From Azolla caroliniana (Eukaryota; Plantae; Polypodiophyta), in NCBI GenBank assembly GCA_043228905.1, contig JBHGNT010001278.1, positions 1-10,387 of the forward strand: DNA of 10,387 bases, read 5' to 3'. Both the position numbers and the translations under genes were made by a program. How positions within the stretch are numbered: the first letter of the stretch is position 1; the number at the start of each line of letters is the position of its first letter. The notes below the pieces were generated by a model that had not been told where the DNA came from, ran no database searches, and was given only the letters and a program-made list of their open reading frames with translations. Below, piece by piece: positions 6,720-10,387 of this stretch.

Positions 6720-7700
6720 CATGATGCCGACTCATCAAACTCGACATCTCGACATACTCGTACCTGTTTAGTCCGGGGGTTATAACACTTATACCCCTTT
6801 TGTTCATGTGAGTAACCGGCTAGGATGCACTTCTCCGACTTCGGATCTAGCTTCTTCCGCTTCTCATCCGGTACATGCACATATGCAATGCTACCGAATA
6901 TCTGAAGGTGCCTCAAATTTGGCTTCCGTCGGAAATACAACTCATGTGTTGATAACTTGTCTCCGATCTAGTTTTGGATGTAGATGGTCATCTGAACCGC
7001 CTCAGCCCAGTAGAATTGGGGCAAGCTCTTCTCCTTCAGCATTGTCGTTGCCACATCGACAATCGACCGGTTCTTCCTTTCGGCCACACCGTTTTGCTCC
7101 GGTGTGTATCTGCAGCTAAATTCTCTCCGAATTCCGTTATGTTGCAGATAACTGTTGAATTGGCCAGAGTGCCCCCCTTTCTCGTCGTCACGTAAGCCGT
7201 CTCGAAGAAGTCCACACCAACTTGTCCTCTGAGACCATGTTGTCCTCATCATCAAACCTCGCTCTCGAAAGCATGTCGGCCATGGCATTGTCCTTCCCGC
7301 CATCCGACCACAAGCATTTGATCTTCCTCTCTGTTTCCCTTTCGACTAAACTTTGAAGGTTCCAGAAAGAGTCGAAGACTTCACTTTTCTTCTCGATGAG
7401 GTAGATCCACGTGTGCCGGCTATAGTCGTCGATGAAGGAGACGAAATACCGACTCTCGCCAAGACTAACGTTTTTTGTGTTGGTCGCCATACATCCGAAT
7501 GGATTAAATCGAGCTTGTTACGGCTCCGGTTTTGTTTGGTGGGGAATGGAAGCCAATGTTGCTTCCCAAGTTGGCAGGTTTCACATATTTGGACCTTTCG
7601 GGCACTAAAGTTCGGCAATCCGAACACAACTTGTTTCGATTGCAGATCTTGAAGCCTCCGGTAGTTGACGTGGCCGATCCGCTTATGCCAGAGATCGATG
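6720..7700 (-). pseudogene. pol: Copia B integrase (frameshifted, interrupted by filler DNA)
   Basis: LWHKRIGH..CETCQLGKQH (HHCC), LIHSDVW, FIDDYSRHTWIY, SDGG, TPEQNGVAERKNRSI, WAEAV, FGSIAYVHVPDEKRKKLDPKSEKCI. Confidence 0.93.
7170..7290 (-). other. 121-bp gypsy RNase H C-terminal fragment inserted into the copia B integrase
   Basis: After the copia ..KCLWSDGGK the sequence reads KDNAMADMLSRARFDDED (gypsy RH motif GK.N..AD.LSR). The copia sequence resumes at SGQFNSYL. Confidence 0.8.
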
Positions 7701-7779
7701 TCCAATTCAATCTTTGTCCCTTTGGCAAACATGGCGGTGCCGACGTCATTAGTGTTGAGGATGAACATCCTCCCTTCTC

Positions 7780-8090
7780 GGCGCCCTTGCGCAATTATCC
7801 GGCCTTCTTCCTCGATGAAGCACCCGAGGTGCGTAAACCGCATGTTCCGACTATCACAAAGAACCTGGTATTGGTTGGAAAAATCGTCGACCAGGGGATG
7901 CAATACATTCATAAGCTTTCCCTTTTGTCCAACATGGCTTAAAGGAACTTCTCCGACATGCACAATTGGGTGAGGGGTGTCGTCTCCGGTTTCGACAATC
8001 CTCGGTTGTTCTGGTTTCTCCAAAAAAGAGAAACACTCTTCATGGCTTGTCATGTGGTTGGACACTCTAGAATCAACGTACCATATTTCC
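7780..8090 (-). pseudogene. pol: Copia B aspartic protease region
   Basis: IWYVDSRVSNHMT, where the canonical DSGA..HMT is altered to DSR at 8066-8074. It contains a micro-inversion at 7844-7897. Confidence 0.85.
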
Positions 8091-8189
8091 TCCGATTTGG
8101 AATTAGTCTTCTTCATCGAGTTATCCTTGTGCTTCATCACGAAGGCTAGCCCTTTACCAGTCTTCCTGGTTCCGGATCCTTCCAATCCT

Positions 8190-8594
8190 TCTGCATAGTG
8201 CGAGCTTTGTCGGTTCCCTTGTCCGGCCTTGTTGGATCCAGATTTATCCGAGTCGGCACGCTTCTTCCAGCACTCGCTCTCTCTGTGGCCTTTCTTGCCA
8301 CAATACCAACATTCCGTGTCGGTTTTCGACTGCCAGTTTCCGGCTCCGACTTGACTCCCCCTGCTTATGGAAGGTCCGGAACTGTTGTCGACACTGTCTC
8401 TGTGCCCTCAGTACTGCTCTTGCCGGACACCCCCATTGTGTGCCGACCCTCCTCGTCCTCCATGCCCACGGGGTCGATCAGACTCCGTGTACAACATCCA
8501 GCTGTCAAATTGAGTGGTCCTCGACCCACTCGCGTGGTTTTCTTCGACCATCAACATTGATTGTAAGTCGAAGAAGGATGGTGGCTTCTCCCGC
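8190..8594 (-). pseudogene. gag: Copia B gag C-terminal part with CCHC zinc knuckle
   Basis: REKPPSFFDLQSMLMVEENH, a Gly/Arg-rich stretch, and CWYCGKKGHRESEC at 8311-8270. Truncated at 8594 by element D. Confidence 0.88.
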
Positions 8595-9242
8595 TGTCGT
8601 GTTATTCTGCACGTGCCGGAGAAACCAAGGCGGGACCGCGAGGCCCTGAACCGGGGAATAGCCGAACAGAGGGAGGAGAGACGCGAAACCACGGCCGAGC
8701 CGCGCACACAAATACACCGAGAACTCACAACGAAGATTGAACAACGAGTAAGGAAAATATATATTTATGATCAAGGTTATAGCTATCTCACCGGTAAGCG
8801 TCAACACAGTGACACCAACTCACACAACGCACACGGACAACACGAGATGGAGCCTCTGCTGGAAGCACTCGGGCTTTCCACAAAGCAGAGGCAACCTCCC
8901 AAACCTTGCAGAGAACGATGAAAGACAGAGGAGAAGAGCTCGGTCCCAATTCGACAACACTTCGTCCTACACAACGCGCTTCCCTACTCAGCCCCCTTTC
9001 CTCTCCCTTTATAGCCCAAGGGGAGAGAGACGTTACAGTCTATTCCGTCACTTTTATTCTCTGTCCTTTTGTATAGAGATCCTCCTCGATTCCCTACCTA
9101 ATGCACACACGCTACCTAGGATACCCACATCGCCGACCTATACCTAAATATGTACGATACATCAAAACATGTGCCCGTGTGTAAGGACCGGTTCACGCAC
9201 ACTATTCACCGATTCCTCCTAGGGAGGGTTTTCTCCACCACA
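8595..9242 (-). repeat. 3' LTR of gypsy D (about 648 bp)
   Basis: The minus strand starts TGTGGTG right after the PPT and ends CACGACA (6/7 terminal inverted repeat) where the copia gag resumes. A TATAAA lies at 9013-9008. The partner LTR is outside the window. Confidence 0.82.
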
Positions 9243-9254
9243 TCCGCCCCCACC
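9243..9254 (-). promoter_or_regulatory. Polypurine tract of gypsy D
   Basis: GGTGGGGGCGGA on the minus strand directly before TG. Confidence 0.85.
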
Positions 9255-9315
9255 TAACCGCGCATCCACTGATAATGGCTAGAATAGACCATTGCCAAAG
9301 AAGACCGACCCACGC

Positions 9316-9660
9316 TTATCTTTTGTTCTCCAGATTGCCATTCGCTCCAAACCGGTCGTCGTCGCTATCCATGTCCTCTAGGTCCGGTTTGTCCTCATGC
9401 CACTTCTTGAATGTCTTGATCCTCTTCCCGGCCACCGGCGCAACTATTCTCGTTCTGTTGAGCTCCGCGAGATGGTAGATGTCGTTGTCGTTGGCGCTTG
9501 TCACCGCGTAAGGCCTGAACCACCTCCTCTCAAATTTCCGCATCGCCTTGTGCTAGTTGTCGAGGCTGCTATCGTAGACTAGAACCCAGTCACCTTCCTC
9601 AATTTTCTTCGGTCGTAGTCGGTGAGTCCGGTCGAATCACCCCTTGTTCTTTGTCCTTGC
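9316..9660 (-). pseudogene. pol: Gypsy integrase C-terminal (GPY/F-type) region, no chromodomain evident
   Basis: ARTKNKG*FDRTHRLRPKKIEEGDWVLVYDSSLDN*HKAMRKFERRWFRPYAV..IYHLAEL, with in-frame stops. Confidence 0.8.
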
Positions 9661-10387
9661 CCGCACAGGTGTTAGATGACCATGATTTCCGACTGTCCGA
9701 AAGCCGATTTCTCCCCGAAGAAGGTGAGCCACGCGCCTTCCAGCTTCTGTAGCACCTTCTCACAGTCTCCGATGTGGTCTGAGACGAATTTCTGACACAG
9801 GTCTGATTTGACCGTTTCGTCCTTATCCTCCACCAGACATCCCTTGATCGGAATGTCATCCAAAAACGGCATGGTGATGTCTGGGATGCAGTCCCGTAGC
9901 ACCTTATTCATCACATTCACCATCTGTGCTACCGAGTTTGTCCCCCCTTGCAGAAGGGCACACATCTGCACTAGGCCGAAAGGAGTCTGCATTGTCGTAA
10001 TATCCATGCTCTCCACGGCTAGTTGGAATTGGTCGTACCCCAAGTACAGATCCCCGACCGAGTAAATCGACCTTCTGGCGAAGGCCTCCGCGAACTTGTC
10101 AATGGCCGGTCCGATTCCTGTGTTCCGAATGGTCACCTTGTTGACCGGCTGCAGGTCCTGAATAAAGCGCCACATGTCGTTCTTCTTTGGCACGGTAAAC
10201 CACCGATTCGAGTACGGGGCACTCGACAGTTCGAGGATGCCCATCTCCACCTTCTGTTTCAACATCTCCATCAACTTTGGGAGGTGAGCTCTAGGTACTA
10301 GAATCGGTTTGAGATTCCACGGCACATGTGGTACCGTGAAGATAACCATCGGCTCAATGACCATCGGGTCTACGCACCTGATCTCTT
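9661..10387 (-). pseudogene. pol: Gypsy reverse transcriptase (C-terminally truncated)
   Basis: SSAPYSNRWFTVPKKN..RFIQDLQPVNKVT, DLYLGYDQFQL, TPFGL..LLQGGTNS, PFLDDIPI (FLDD at 9855-9866), EKSAFG. A TAA at 9672-9674 is followed by a deletion junction. Confidence 0.92.

Larger units (their letters stand above)
1225..8594 (-). mobile_element. Decayed Ty1/copia element B (host of the nest); both ends displaced outside the window by insertions A and D, and interrupted by C
   Basis: The minus-strand domain order is Gag zinc knuckle, PR, IN, RT, RH (copia order), with several stops and frameshifts. Confidence 0.95.
8595..10387 (-). mobile_element. Ty3/gypsy element D, 3' part (RT fragment, IN C-terminus, PPT, 3' LTR), internally deleted and inserted in the gag of copia B
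   Basis: Gypsy-type RT precedes the IN tail, followed by a PPT and a TG..CA LTR abutting the copia gag. Confidence 0.9.

Noticed and set aside
8595-9242. Reading this segment as the 5' LTR of copia B
   Set aside because: There is no PBS or gag start after it. It abuts mid-gag sequence and is preceded by the gypsy IN tail and PPT, so it is the 3' LTR of D.

Overview
The window is eukaryotic (plant, probably bryophyte-like) repetitive DNA made entirely of nested LTR retrotransposons; no host gene is visible. An old, decayed Ty1/copia element (B, minus strand, visible 1225-8594) was hit by three later insertions. (A) A Tnt1/Tork-like copia element sits in B's RNase H; its 5' LTR, tRNA-iMet PBS and open gag start lie at 1-1224. 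(C) A complete 3521-bp non-autonomous Gag-only element (1688-5208, plus strand) has two apparently identical 649-bp LTRs, a tRNA-Trp PBS, a PPT, a 4-bp CCGG TSD and one intact 700-aa ORF. (D) An internally deleted Ty3/gypsy element (8595 to window end, minus strand) sits in B's gag. The most notable observations are a tRNA-shaped sequence with Pol III A/B boxes inside both LTRs of C, a PPT-proximal signal shared by C and D, a 121-bp gypsy RNase H fragment inside the copia integrase, and an in-frame 54-bp micro-inversion in the copia protease region. All comparisons were made by eye; lineage names are tentative.
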